Under the pieces are notes generated by a model, which had not been told where the DNA came from, did not search any database, and saw only the letters and a list, made by a program, of their open reading frames with translations. From Mobula hypostoma (taxonomy: Eukaryota), in the NCBI RefSeq assembly GCF_963921235.1, contig NC_086098.1:8494001-8558000 (forward strand): a stretch of DNA of 64,000 nt. The letters run 5' to 3'. The translations under genes and the position numbers were made by a program. Shown here piece by piece: positions 63,953 through 64,000 of this stretch. Every line of letters starts with the position of its first letter. The first letter of the stretch is position 1.

Positions 63953-64000
63953 TCTCCACTCAGCTACCTAATCACCAGCACATTAATGATTCAGGTATGC

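Overview
Eukaryotic, vertebrate-type non-coding DNA made mostly of nested transposable-element debris. The CR1/HER1-like LINEs, V-SINEs, Penelope-like elements and Rex1-like LINEs suggest a cartilaginous fish (inference). No host protein-coding gene, rRNA, tRNA or CRISPR can be supported. Main contents: (i) many CR1-clade LINE fragments; (ii) Penelope-like (RT + GIY-YIG) elements and many short copies of their 3' end; (iii) one complete but frameshifted Gypsy LTR retrotransposon (40614-45269; both LTRs, PBS, PPT, 5-bp TSD); (iv) an IR/DR-type Tc1 transposon and other Tc1 derivatives; (v) Rex1/Babar and RTE fragments, tRNA-derived SINEs and a hAT MITE; (vi) six copies of a CpG-rich non-autonomous ~0.6-kb retroposon; (vii) a 9 x 42-bp tandem array grown inside an RTE ORF. 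The most notable signal is a minimal type I hammerhead ribozyme motif (AGTC-CTGANGA-stem II-GAAA-CG-TC-GACT) in the 3' end of the Penelope elements and their short TSD-flanked derivatives. It recurs more than ten times in intact to decayed form. All family names come from motif recognition by eye, and boundaries without TSDs are approximate.
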